DNA of 64,000 nt from Phoronis australis (Eukaryota; Animalia; Phoronida): NCBI GenBank assembly GCA_002633005.1, contig NMRA01000161.1, forward strand, positions 621,990-685,989, given 5' to 3'. The translations under genes and the position numbers were made by a program. Under the pieces are notes generated by a model. It was not told the origin of the DNA. It made no database searches and worked only from the letters and a program-made list of their open reading frames with translations. Of this stretch, positions 24,601 to 34,779 are shown piece by piece. The stretch's first letter is position 1, and each line of letters begins with the position of its first letter.

Positions 24601-27600
24601 TGAATAGGGGATCACATAACCCTATTGAAAGTTCACACCAGATATAGTACACAGAAGTGAGGCCTATTATGGCCCTATGATAACAAGTGCAGACCTTTAA
24701 CCGGCTTTTGGTTGGTGAGAGGTGTCGCCTCCTGGGACTTCGTGAACTCCTCAATGACATTCTGCCGAGCAACTGTTGGACTCACACAATCCCCTGCATA
24801 GCAGCGCCGGCACACAGCTGGCCAAGTTTTGGTCAACTACACTCCAGAATTTAAAATTTAACAGTTACTGATAAGGCCAAATAGGCCAAAGGTACTGAGC
24901 CAACATCAAAGGGGTCACAGCATACCATTATACAGACTTTATCAATAAATAGCCTTATTCAAAGCACAAGCACACTAGCCAAGCTCCGCCCATCTGGGAC
25001 AGTTTATCCAATTGCCTATTGGAGCTGGGGAAGCAAAATCTATATAAGGAAGCTGACTGTTGACATAAGGCCTGGGGGGATGGCGTACCTAACAACTGAT
25101 CTTGGTTTGCACAATAAGCATTACATAGAAGATAAAAATGTTAAGCACTGACCCATTGTGTAGCTCACGTCTGATTAAGCAGACATAAAAAATGCAATGA
25201 ATGTTCACAACAAGTGGAAATCAGCAGGACTTCATTATTCTCTAACAGGTAATAGCCAGTAGTGCACAAGAATGTTGTAATTGGTACTTCCATCCCAGGG
25301 AGCAGACAGCATCAGTGTGAACACCCCTGCAGTGGAAGAGTGGACCGGGCTAATCCTCAATTATTAAGCACAATGTTTGTATTTCAATAGGGTAAAGAAG
25401 GTATTAAGCTAAGAAAAGTTTATTACCAGTATGTTTAGAGTAAAAGCAGGGCTTGTGAAAAAGCCTGTCTATTAAAGAAAACAACAGGGGTACTTGATGT
25501 GAAACCTGTCATTTTTAGTGCAACATTGTGCTTGATAGAGCCACACTCAAATGCTCCAGAGAAACTTACAACTAGGACGGATATGTACACGCAAGTTCCA
25601 ATGTCTGTGACATAAACTGTTTTCAGTGATAACATAGACACCTTCTCCCCCTATGGCAAAATAATTACCAGTAAATTTCAAAGATATAAAATCAATGATT
25701 CATGAACAACTATGATTTACACAACCTGACATATTTTTTTACACCTTAGTACACTATACTGATATAATAACATGAATCGAGATGTCACAAATTACTTTTN
25801 ATTTCACATATATCAAAAACACATTGTTTGATTGGACTGAGTTTTCGAAATTTTAAGCAGCTAACGCACTTCTGAACCAAGTCAAACAAATAAATAACAA
25901 GCCTCCATCAGCTTATCAAATTTCTTAGAATGTCAAAATAATTTTTAAATTAAAATACCTATTTGTACAGCAACAGACCAAAATAATAAGAACAGATCCC
26001 AACTGATGCATAGCACCATGGGTAATTTACAACGTCTGAGTCAGTGACATTGTGGTATTTCTGGATGTGTCTGTTAACTGCTATTTTTCATTCTCATGGT
26101 ACCAAAGGACATCGGGAATAACGATAACGTTGTACAACTCGCTATGAGGAACAAAATACGAGACAGGTTTTTGGGCTAATCAGGGCTAACATTAACCATC
26201 TGACAAAAATATGGAAGTGTGCAAGGAAGATGATTTTGTCTCACTTTTGTGATGTCCACATTACGAGTTTCTCCTAGAAAACATTGTCAATAGGTTTACC
26301 GCTAGTAGAACTAAGTGTGGACTACTATTTGCCCTGGAGCAACTTGACACGTGTGACAACTTATCCCATCTTTCTATGGTACAGTACATGCCAAAAAATA
26401 ATCATCTTTCTATGGTACAGTACATGCCAAAAAATAATCAGATAAAATGACCCCGAATTCGCCATCATGATGGCTGACCACAAGTGTGACTACCTTTCAT
26501 AAGGCAGGACTCTGAATGACCAAAGACAAAAAAGAACATTTTCCAGGTGATATATATCGTTCCACAAATAAATAGGCTCGTGCAACAGAAATATTTTTTG
26601 TGTTGTAAAATTTAACTGAAATAAACATTTTTGCATGAATAAAGTCAAAACAATGATAAAAAGAGACGAAAAAAGGAAGATGGAAATCAAAAAAGAGGAA
26701 ATCCTCTTAACAGAGGAAAATTTCAAGCCCTGATTTTAAGGTGGGGTTATAAGTTGGACTTTCATGCCAGAAGTGGAATTCACCATCAGAGTAGCTAAAA
26801 TATGATGCCTCGTGGCGGGTCATGACCCCTTGTGATAGGTTATAGCCCATCACGAGGGGCAACAGTATTTTATCTGATTACTTTTTGGCGTATACCGCAG
26901 AACAACTTGTTCTAGGGCAAGTTGCCCCAGCAATATGTTGTAATGCGGTAGCAAACCTGCTAATAAAGGCAAGTAAAATACCAGTTGAGTACTTCCATAG
27001 TTACATATATTGAACATACCAGCGCCTTCATTTTCGTGTTCTATTCCCCCCCATGTTAACATAGTTATAATTAACAAACATTTTTCAAAGATCATCATGA
27101 GCAATGAGATAATTTGCTCCGTGTCAAAATGTGTCTACGGTATGATGTGGATGGTTAGCTGACTGGCGGCGAGTTACTCTAGGACAAGTTATCCCAGGGT
27201 AATTCATAGTGAGGACATGACCATTGTTTTTTAAAACTTCCTTCATCTACATTTGGCCACTATGACTGAACAATTAGCAGGTGACACCAAAATTTGTTTG
27301 AAGCAGTGGATTAGAAACAAGCAAGCACAAAGTTTCACGTTATCTCAATAGATGTGTTCCCTGATATTTTGAAATCCCGCAAATATTTCAGGAAAAAATA
27401 TAACGGGATTAATTCCACAAACAGTTCTGTCCTACAGGATTCCTGTTGACTGCCGGAACAACGCCGGTATTTTTGTCGCTCCAACTAGTGGGCATTGGAA
27501 GAGGAAAAAAGACAATTCATTGGTCAACAACAGTGGTTTTATATCACGGATATGATTGGAATGTTAATGGAGCAAACAAACGGTGGGAAGTCCAGAGATT

Positions 27601-30600
27601 TTGTTTAAGCGTTGGCCATTGAACTAGGTCCGAATCATTTTCCGAATGTCTGATTGATTTTACATTAGTCCAGATATTTGCCTAATTCATATCTGGGAAT
27701 GGTGGCATATTAATGTCATATTCTAGATACAACACAGATGTGTTAATAACCAGTGGCTGGGAAATGCCAGTTTGAAATAAGTCCCAAAACCCCAATCAGC
27801 GGTAGGCAAACCATTCAACAAAATTTGTACAAACTGTATTTTTGCATACATACGTTTTTTCTTTGATATGAAAAACGAGTAAGAATTTGGAGTGTAAACT
27901 CCGTTTTAAAGTCATTGAATAAATAATTTATGGTTTTATGTCAATGACACCATTGTTTCCACCTAACTGTACTCTTCTATTAGATGGATGTATACACCAG
28001 AGCAACCACTGGGGTCACCAATCCTGTTGGGAACAACGTGTGTTTGATCTGAATTTTTGGAAAATTTGGACTTCGGGTTACGGAATCCTGTACAAACCCC
28101 TCCTCCATTAGCAAATTTTGTCTGGCTGATTTACAAAATTTCCTGACAGATTCTGACACTTTAGGACCTAGAGAAAGTAGCAAAATCTCTAATAAATGAA
28201 TAAAATTTACTATTACGAGACCAGGAAAATTTGGTGGAGTTCATAATACCGAGTAAATCGAGTCCCAATGCAAAATTTTTGCTGCTTAAATTTTAGCGGA
28301 AGAAATAACTGGATTACTTCCACTAAATTTCACATGGCAACAGTTGCCTACATAACGACTGCGTCATCAAAAGCAGCGCTGTCTCGTAGAATTTTCAAAC
28401 ATCTGTTGCTCAGGCTGTAAAGTGGCATTTGCATTCTCTTAACTATGCTAAGTTAAAAGCACACATTACTGATATTTTAACACAGACAATTTGTAAATGA
28501 GAAAATAACAAGGATAAAAAGATGATTTTAGCCCTCTCACTGGAATATATGTCATCCGCATCACGCAATGTTTTCAGCTTGCGAGATAGACGGACTAACA
28601 AAGAAGACGACAGCATGGTTCAAACAAACATTAGGCAGCCCAATTTTAGGCCTTTTCAGGGCCTTTGTCTTACTAAATACATGTTTACAGCCTTACTGAG
28701 CGACAATGTTTAGTGTATGTGAAAAAGAACACATCAAAGACATAATGTGACCAAATACGTGTATGTAGTTGATTACAGCTACCCTTCTTTCGGAAGGTTA
28801 TTCATTTGGCTAGTTCCCGATCCTAACTGTAAATGGTGTGAAAGAGTACCACTAGTGCCACAATGTACTACAGAATTGTACCCCTTTGGATAAATGCCGA
28901 ACTAGAAGTTATCTCCCCTTACTTCACGAATTATTAATTCGTTACGTTACCGAGTTAGGTGAAATACTGACAAGAGTATTTCAAAACTGTTGATAACCAA
29001 TTGCTGACTACCAATTTCACCCTGGTTCCATTAATCAGCTTCCAGGTTAGTTTCATCAAAAAAATTATAGTTTATGGGCAAACCCAAAGTACACACATTA
29101 AAATTTCACCATACTGGGATAAAACAAGCAGCCAAAAATTGCCATTTTAAAAATTTTAAGGGCTTCTAATAAAGTTTAGAACATTCATATTACTTCAAAA
29201 TGTTATCAGATGGCAATTAGTTATATTTATGGCAAAATATTAATTTGGTGCAAGAAATTTAAATTGCGCATGTCAGTCATTACTGTGTTCTAAATTGACA
29301 GATCTTAAATTATATACCACAAACTCAAAACACAGCAAGCCAAGGTTAGGAAAGACACAACACCACTCACGTTACACCAAGCTGAACACAGCGGCCATTT
29401 TGAAAAAAAAGTTAAGAAATAAGTTCTTCTGTAATTGACCTCATCACAGAAAATCCAAATGCACTTCTGTGATGGAACTACATTAGAGGCAAATGTAACC
29501 ATATTACACATACATGGATGACATAGGTACATCACGGAGGTGGGGGAGGGTGGGTAGGGTTGAGTAATGTAAGTACTACAATCATCTGGCCAAGAATTCT
29601 AACACACAACATAATTATATGCATTTCAAAAGCAAAGCAAGAATTTTCCAAGGAACTGTATATCACCATCATGTACTTTCACAAGGCCAACAACCTCAAC
29701 CTCAAGGCAATTTCACACTCAGTTCTTCTGACTGATTTATTGTGCTACACAAGAGATTTAAAACTGAAACTGAAAAGCAAAATTTGACGAGAACAAACTG
29801 TGCTCATTGAGAATTGCCCGCCAAAGCCCTCTCAATGAAAGGTAATAAGCATAAGCAGAATCTTAAAAAAATCAATTTTAACTTTTAACATTCGGGCAAA
29901 TTTCACAGTTAAGACAGAACAATGTTACATCCATACCTGCTTTTATATGAGAGACAGTTGTCGCCATGTTAGTTGTCACGGCACGACTTGCTCCACTTTA
30001 GTTGCATTTACACAACATTAGATGGCAAACTGGATCAGCATTAGTCACTTACACTAAGACTGTCAGCGCATGCTCGCATAAACAATAGCAAACGCCAGTG
30101 GATCACCCGTATATAAGTTATTGCGGAAGCATGTTGAAAGATGATCCTTTTCCGCCCTGCCAGTTATGCTCAGACGTGTAGTTTGAAACTGAAGCAACTG
30201 ATCGAGAGCAACTCACTCTACCTATCAAACCATTGTCAAAAATTGACTGCCGTGGTGTCAGTTGCTCCATGTCAGTCATGTCAAACTTGCACCCGACCAG
30301 CTATTCAGTGTTAGTTGCTCTGTGACAGCTGTCTTTCGTTTAAATGCAACTAAGGAGATTTTGAGACAGAAAACAGTAAGTGAACCGTTTACAGAACACA
30401 TTTGACACAGTGCAAGTATATGCGTGAACGAAATTTGGCACGACACAACGCAATGCAATTTTGGCAAAATGCTCTTGACCATCTAGTTCCATGTCAACAG
30501 CCTGCCTTAAGGTCATGTTAGATAATTTTGGATCATCATATCTCAAAAACGGCTCATCATATTCATGCTACGCTTTACTCACTGTTCTCTATCACACTGT

Positions 30601-33216
30601 TACGAATTGCTTTTGAAATGTTCCACTTTTGCAGGAGATGCATCAAAAAAAGGAATTTTGAGAATTCTTAAAAAAATGAATTAAAATGAACGGATAATTT
30701 AGACTTGGTAATAGCATGTTTGAGATTTCCTCTTAGAAAAATTATCTATCGAAATATAGTAACGTTATTGATGCTGTTACTTTACTATGAATGGAATGCT
30801 TTCTAAATTATATAATACTCATTTATGCAACTCTCTTGGAGATCAGGGCAAAAGCATAATATTTGAAACTTTCATTCGAATCTGAGCAACCATGTCTAAG
30901 AAACCACGTTTTGAAGATAGCCAAAATTTGGTCATTTTCCTAGGGTCCTACATTACCCTTAAAGGGCCAAAACTCAGCATAAGATTCACAACAGAAGCCC
31001 TCCAGCCAGCTTACCTGCTTCCTCAGATTGGTCAGTTTCTTGTCCAATATGTCTTTCTCCTGTTTGGCAGCGTCACATTCTGATGACAACTGAGCTATGC
31101 GCTTGTCAGCCACCTTCAGTAGGTCAGCGACAAATGGGTCAGTAGCCTGGCGCTGAATATTATCCGCTGACAGGCTGGACTGCGGGTCAAGAGTGTTGTC
31201 GATGGTCATCCGCTGACGTCGAAAGGGCAGCGTTTTCTTTCTGCCACCTGTTGAGAAATTTAATATACTGATTATTACCAATAACATCCAGTGCGCTCTT
31301 TTAAAATTTCTAGGTTTGAAATTAGTCCAATTGAATTTCTGAGGTTCATGAATAAGTGACATTATTCAGAATACAGTTGAGAAATCACTGCACTACCACA
31401 GAATGATGCACAATGTTACACCAAATGTATTGAGAAATCCCTGCACTACCACAGAATGATGCACAATGTTACACCGAATGTATTGAGAAATCACTGCACT
31501 ACCACGGAATGATGCACAATATTACACTGAATGTATTGAGAAAAATGGGATGAATCTGGCAAATATTTTTGTCAAACAAAAACACTAGAAGACAACTAAG
31601 CAGCAAAATGATAATTCTCATTACTTTAGTTTTATTTCTCACAACTCTTCAAAACTGTGTCCAAAGTGATGCACTCAGAGGTCAATATGCGCCTTTTGAG
31701 CCCGGTTACATCAACAGATGCAAAAATTAAACCGAGGTCAAATGCTGAATGTGATATGTAAATAACACTGCAGTCTCTCAGCTACGCCTAGGACACTTAC
31801 GCATTTTGAGACAATTTCGAGACAGTAAAATTTCATTTGTCTGCTATAATGTATCCTGAATTGGCAAGACATTACCATATAGTGTAAACATGGTACATGG
31901 CAGTGTTCTCTGTGTAAACAGTCTGAATTTTGTCCTGACGAGATTGACTTTCTTGCGATGAGCTAGAACTTTTCGGAAATTAGTCAGTGCTTGAGCGAAT
32001 TAGAACATTTTGGACTTTTGGCATCAGATCCCTATTACCGATTCCACGACTTTACTAGCATGAACATGGATTGTTGAACATGTTCATGGAACTTTTAATT
32101 CCTTTTTGTTTGAATTTTCCAAAATTGTGGAGAACACTGCACACAGATGTCTTGCAGTCAGCCAACGGCACTAATGATCTAAGCCGGTACGCACCTGGTG
32201 TCTGCACAACTGCCTGGAAATTCTTCTCTTGCAGCTGCAGAATACGGTCAGCCTTTGACTTGGCCTCTCTCTCAGCAACGCGCACCTTGTGCACGTACTG
32301 ATTGTTGAGGAAGCGCAGGTCGTTGTTTTCATGCTCCAACTTTCTAACAGTCGCCTTCAGATCTGGGAAAGAGAAAGTATACATACAGGTTGTACAAACA
32401 AGGCTTCTGGTTTTGATCGGAGATTTTGCTTCGAAAACAATGCGCCGACTCTCTACTTATTTGGCACAAAAATAATAGCTAAAATTGTTGTTTTCCATTT
32501 TTCAAAGGCCGATTGCTTTGCTAGAAATAATAGAAAAACGTTACCAAATATTATTTTACGATATCTAACATAGTACAAACCATGCCAGTAATAAACTAAA
32601 TTTTGCTTTTTTTAATTTTCTGGAGAAATTTGACAAAATTTCACTTGTCAACCATATTGTGTGCTAAATAAGTGAAAAATTACCGTACAAGTATTTTTAT
32701 AAGCGTGACAAATTCAGGTGAAATCAACTCGGGTAATTTCGCAAAAACAATGACATATTACTTAAAAATCAAGTTTTTGTAAAAAAAAAACAGCTGAAAT
32801 CATTTTAGTTATCTGATTTTTTTTAGCCAATTTATTCATTTAAAATAGTAAGATCAAACTCTGATATCCAGCCATGCATCGTCACAAAGCAGAGCTCGTG
32901 TACCTGAAATCTGTTCATTGGTAGAGTCCTGCACCTGGATAAGCTTCCTGTGTAGTTCAGCGTTCTCTCTGGCAAGTCTAGCATTGTCATTCTTGTAAGG
33001 GTCCAACAGAGGTCCTGAGCTGCGAGATTCTTTAACATCCTTTTGGAATTGTAGCTTTGATCGTCGGAGACTTTCTGTAGTGTGAATAAGGTCCCCGAAC
33101 AGCTTTTCCACAAGAGGTAAACTTTCTATGGTGAGGGGTTGTCTGTAGCCTAACTGATCAAGTCGCCGGCGGAGACTTGCAAATTTCTCTTGTGCGGCCC
33201 CTGTCAAAGCGGCCAT
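513..33216 (-). CDS. CEP135: Centrosomal protein of 135 kDa (CEP135/Bld10; likely pro-ortholog of vertebrate CEP135 and TSGA10), spliced gene span
   Basis: N-terminus MAALTGAAQEKFASLRRRLDQLGYRQPLTIESLPLVEKLFGDLIHTTESLR matches the recalled CEP135 N-terminus (RKRLDQLGYRQTLTVECLPLVEKLFSDLVHTTESLR). 23 exons join with GT-AG boundaries and consistent phases (about 3660 nt). The C-terminus LTGERFERERTIQELRRHGL matches STERYERERAIQEMRRHGL. Confidence 0.95.
943..1047 (-). CDS. CEP135: CEP135 coding exon 22
   Basis: ESQQREISTLRSRNVELESDVDRLRRQLTGERFER; phase 2-2. Confidence 0.9.
1905..2320 (-). repeat. Degenerate ~75-80 bp tandem repeat derived from the end of CEP135 exon 21
   Basis: 2163-2243 aligns with 2243-2320; more decayed copies at about 2085, 1977 and 1906. 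Confidence 0.7.
2248..2450 (-). CDS. CEP135: CEP135 coding exon 21
   Basis: LQNVVEDAKHE...NLESLLQQNREKEFQSQL...EIQLLRDRLTLNESK. Confidence 0.92.
2882..3122 (+). mobile_element. Short (about 240 bp) relative of MITE family A
   Basis: CAGGATTTGGAACGACCAATGAC...TGCAAGCCCAG; perfect 6-bp TSD TAATAA; internal sequence shared with 26505-26732. Confidence 0.8.
3877..4086 (-). CDS. CEP135: CEP135 coding exon 20
   Basis: HLHAQQAYESQISQLTRSVSKLE...RDLCTKLEVAKD...KELEHEQ. Confidence 0.92.
4725..4910 (-). CDS. CEP135: CEP135 coding exon 19
   Basis: EDERTDLLNQYR...LRLELATRESETRRLLEKIDNLEHEIRE; donor GTGAGT. Confidence 0.9.
5314..5424 (-). CDS. CEP135: CEP135 coding exon 18
   Basis: SLNVDLQETVDDREALREQVQDYIQEVKRTEELLAAK. 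Confidence 0.9.
5747..6220 (+). mobile_element. hAT-like MITE family A (about 500 bp), copy 1
   Basis: Ends CAGGGCTTGGAAT...ATTCCATGCCTTG; homologous to the copies at 6760, 14602 and 57606; flanks CAAGGT/CAATAT (degenerate 6-bp TSD). Confidence 0.85.
6450..6618 (-). CDS. CEP135: CEP135 coding exon 17
   Basis: HSGEMNRIKDRELVSLRRQL...RENRRLQDDLGVMTKENQ. Confidence 0.9.
6760..7232 (+). mobile_element. hAT-like MITE family A, copy 2
   Basis: CAGGCTTGGAAT...ATTCCAAGCCTTG; flanks AATAAT/AACAAT. Confidence 0.85.
7468..7523 (-). CDS. CEP135: CEP135 coding exon 16 (56 nt)
   Basis: DKLIDELKIQIGEAEGQLE; donor GTGAGT; phase 0-2 fits both neighbours. Confidence 0.85.
8064..8334 (-). CDS. CEP135: CEP135 coding exon 15
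   Basis: LLAEQAEKALADTQQRL...LDREKDALQAAVDEKTERI...LVAR; donor GTAAGG. Confidence 0.92.
8597..8748 (-). CDS. CEP135: CEP135 coding exon 14
   Basis: VAGDNEELVSRV...QQRATATQMR; ends in phase 2. Confidence 0.88.
9413..9490 (-). CDS. CEP135: CEP135 coding exon 13
   Basis: IATETQISDRARLEQRIEDLEMNTKQ; donor GTATGT. Confidence 0.9.
9889..10062 (-). CDS. CEP135: CEP135 coding exon 12
   Basis: TKDELQRTR...LRRVENERDDAIADLRRMTTERDTLRERLK. Confidence 0.92.
10120..10367. mobile_element. Degenerate Tc1/mariner-like MITE
   Basis: TACCATAAAC...GTTTACGGTA inverted ends with TA flanks. Confidence 0.5.
11333..11395 (-). CDS. CEP135: CEP135 coding exon 11
   Basis: IQTNVKVLTSERDKLNLLYED; donor GTGAGT. Confidence 0.9.
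12695..12787 (-). CDS. CEP135: CEP135 coding exon 10
   Basis: STNDETELMRVIRERDELQTMLDKFERHMAE; donor GTAGGT. Confidence 0.9.
13647..13784 (-). CDS. CEP135: CEP135 coding exon 9 (second EEERD/RSP module)
   Basis: TDAHFETIIRVLEEERDHYKREYEILRSLRSSRPSSPTRSPPTRDR; TTGCAG acceptor, GTAAGT donor, phase 0-0. Confidence 0.85.
14195..14469 (-). CDS. CEP135: CEP135 coding exon 8
   Basis: ERELVMEIERLK...SPNRLGAFLKGVEEERDYWK...; donor GTAAGA. Confidence 0.9.
14602..15114 (+). mobile_element. hAT-like MITE family A, copy 3
   Basis: Perfect 13-bp TIR CAGGGCTTGGAAT/ATTCCAAGCCCTG; flanks TTAAAG/CTAAAG. Confidence 0.9.
15739..15889 (-). CDS. CEP135: CEP135 coding exon 7
   Basis: DRARLMDDNISLK...KRRLSSRVTKLTAN; donor GTGAGT. 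Confidence 0.88.
16714..16779 (-). CDS. CEP135: CEP135 coding exon 6 (66 nt, absent from the ORF track)
   Basis: TTACAG|FELERSRGELEGLDLENVQMKG|GTGAGT; fills the 22-aa gap expected from the human alignment. Confidence 0.85.
17394..17407. promoter_or_regulatory. RFX X-box motif in a CEP135 intron
   Basis: GTCACCATGGTAAC fits GTNRCCATGGYAAC; function is inferred only. Confidence 0.4.
18133..18348 (-). CDS. CEP135: CEP135 coding exon 5
   Basis: VDYLQQRNRELE...QADRELNETR; phase 0-0. Confidence 0.9.
19677..19805 (-). CDS. CEP135: CEP135 coding exon 4
   Basis: LDTRDDEIDRLGNMLQGGRPTDVVTLESRNKSNEQLISHLNIQ; phase 0-0. Confidence 0.92.
23459..23995. mobile_element. MITE with long (45-55 bp) TIRs
   Basis: AGGGTTCTAAAGCGAATACCTTTCTTCGCGTTGAAATGTGCTTAA at 23471 is inverted at 23938-23982; about 22-bp subterminal tandem repeats at 23860-23945. 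Confidence 0.8.
26505..26732 (+). mobile_element. Short relative of MITE family A, second copy
   Basis: CAGGACTCTGAATGACC...TTTCAAGCCCTG; high similarity to 2882-3122; no clean TSD. Confidence 0.75.
30507..30962. mobile_element. TTAA-flanked (Kolobok-like) non-autonomous element; relatives at about 20880-21480, 45855-46190 and 49153-49560
   Basis: TTAA|GGTCATGTTAG...CTAGGGTCCTACATTACCC|TTAA; the AAATGTTCCACTTTTGCA core and TAGGACCCTAG end recur elsewhere in the window. Confidence 0.5.
31015..31247 (-). CDS. CEP135: CEP135 coding exon 3
   Basis: GRKKTLPFRRQRM...DLLKVADKRI...NLRKQ; donor GTAAGC. Confidence 0.92.
31377..31543. repeat. 53-bp tandem repeat, about 3 copies
   Basis: TTGAGAAA unit starts at 31377, 31430, 31483 and 31536. 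Confidence 0.9.
32195..32362 (-). CDS. CEP135: CEP135 coding exon 2
   Basis: DLKATVRKLEHENNDLRFLNNQY...QAVVQTPG; TTTCCCAG acceptor, GTGCGT donor, phase 1-1. Confidence 0.92.
32904..33216 (-). CDS. CEP135: CEP135 coding exon 1 (ATG at 33216; exon probably begins at 33271 with 5'UTR)
   Basis: MAALT...NEQIS; donor G|GTACAC; upstream acceptor TTCACTTTCAG at 33272. Confidence 0.93.
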
Positions 33217-34299
33217 GTTGTGCCTTAAGGATGCGTCACATTACTAGTAAGACTTTTACAACTGCGTTCCACTGAAAGTGAACAACAATATTTATTTATA
33301 GAGGATTTCACATAATTTATGCCTTATGTATTCCTAGAACGTAGTCTATGTACACACAGTTGAACGACTTCCACTGGCAAAGAGATACGATTGGTGGATA
33401 AGTCAATCAAATGCAGCTAATGAGTTGAGACAACGTGTTGTAATGAACAGATATACAGTGCTTGTCCCTTGTCCCCATCAGACTAGCACTATGTGGATGA
33501 TTAGGGGCATTTGGAAAAACTTAAACGTTACGTGTTTGATGACACAATATGCCTATCTACCTATTAATCAATCAATCAATCAAATAGCTTCTAGAGTTCT
33601 CCGTAGGTTACTTTCTCTGGGCGCTATGCTCCCCTAAGACATATGAGCACCAACCCACAGATACTGATTGCGAGTTTATAATGGACTTGTGACAGAACGC
33701 TTTCAAGTAGTTCTCATATCCAAGGCAACAATCTAACCCTTAGAATAAAAGCATTTAAACAGTCATGGTAATGTCACTCGTAGGTCACTGTGCTTGACTT
33801 TCTTGAATAAAGAAAGAATTTATAAGTAATAAATACAAAACATCAAGTCATCCGCTTTAAAGTGGAACTTGCAAGCCAGTTTCTTATCTCTGAGATTGCT
33901 TGGCCAAATTAGTTAGAAACACAACATATAATGACGATGTGAATATGGAGTAGGTTGGAAATGATCTGCCACAAATCATTGAATCGTGTCTAGTATCGTG
34001 ACATGGTTCTGGGGAATAACATTGCATGTTCTGGGCTACATGAGCCCGAGAGGTAAGTCATTAGTGCAAAGGTCACATATTTGCAGATATTTTTGTTTTT
34101 ACATTTACAAGTTGTCAGTGAATACAACTGTACTTTGTTTACCGTAATGTTAAAATAACATTGTCATATAGTTCATGCTATACATTAGAATAGTTAGAAG
34201 CATGCAAATACATCTTTAACAGCGCAACTTTATTCAATGGAAGAAAAGCAGAGATATTTATAAGATTGTTAATGCTAATATTCTTTGATAGATATCCGC

Positions 34300-34779
34300 A
34301 GCTTTTTCGCAAGACTTGCACGTAGCCAATGCGAACTCAACTTTCGTTTGATGACCTGGTAAGAATTCCAATTCCCAAGTCACCCCAAAGACATTCCAAC
34401 ATCTGCTCAACAAAGAAGCAAACAGGTGTTCAAATTGTTCTGCTAAAGGCGGAAGTGCCCATCCACGACACAAATAACGTGCACTGACCATCTGTTATTT
34501 GCTTGTTAGTTATGGGCACGCAATATACTTAAAATTTCCCATTTGACTAAAAGGGGCATTCCAAGCAACCTCAATACATTTTCCCTTTTTGCCTGTTCCT
34601 CAATAATTCAAATAACTCATTTCTTCATTTTCCACTGTCAATGACTATCCATCGTTCGCAGGGGTCAGGATGCAATTTAGGATTTCCTTGTTTTGGCAAC
34701 CTCATTTCCCATTTGACGACCTGGGACTTTCGCCAAGTCGCATTTGGCAAGTGGATGTTATGTTCAATGCCGAGCCCTG
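34300..34779 (-). mobile_element. Diverged MITE family B copy
   Basis: Reverse complement starts CAGGGCTCGG and shares TCCCAGGTCGT.AATGGGAAATGAGGTT.CCAAAA with about 44600-44640; the other end is eroded. Confidence 0.65.

Noticed and set aside
17156-26440. Short two-copy duplications (about 17158-17237, 22398-22480, 26367-26440; also 3380-3421)
   Set aside because: Ordinary local slippage duplications with no further structure.
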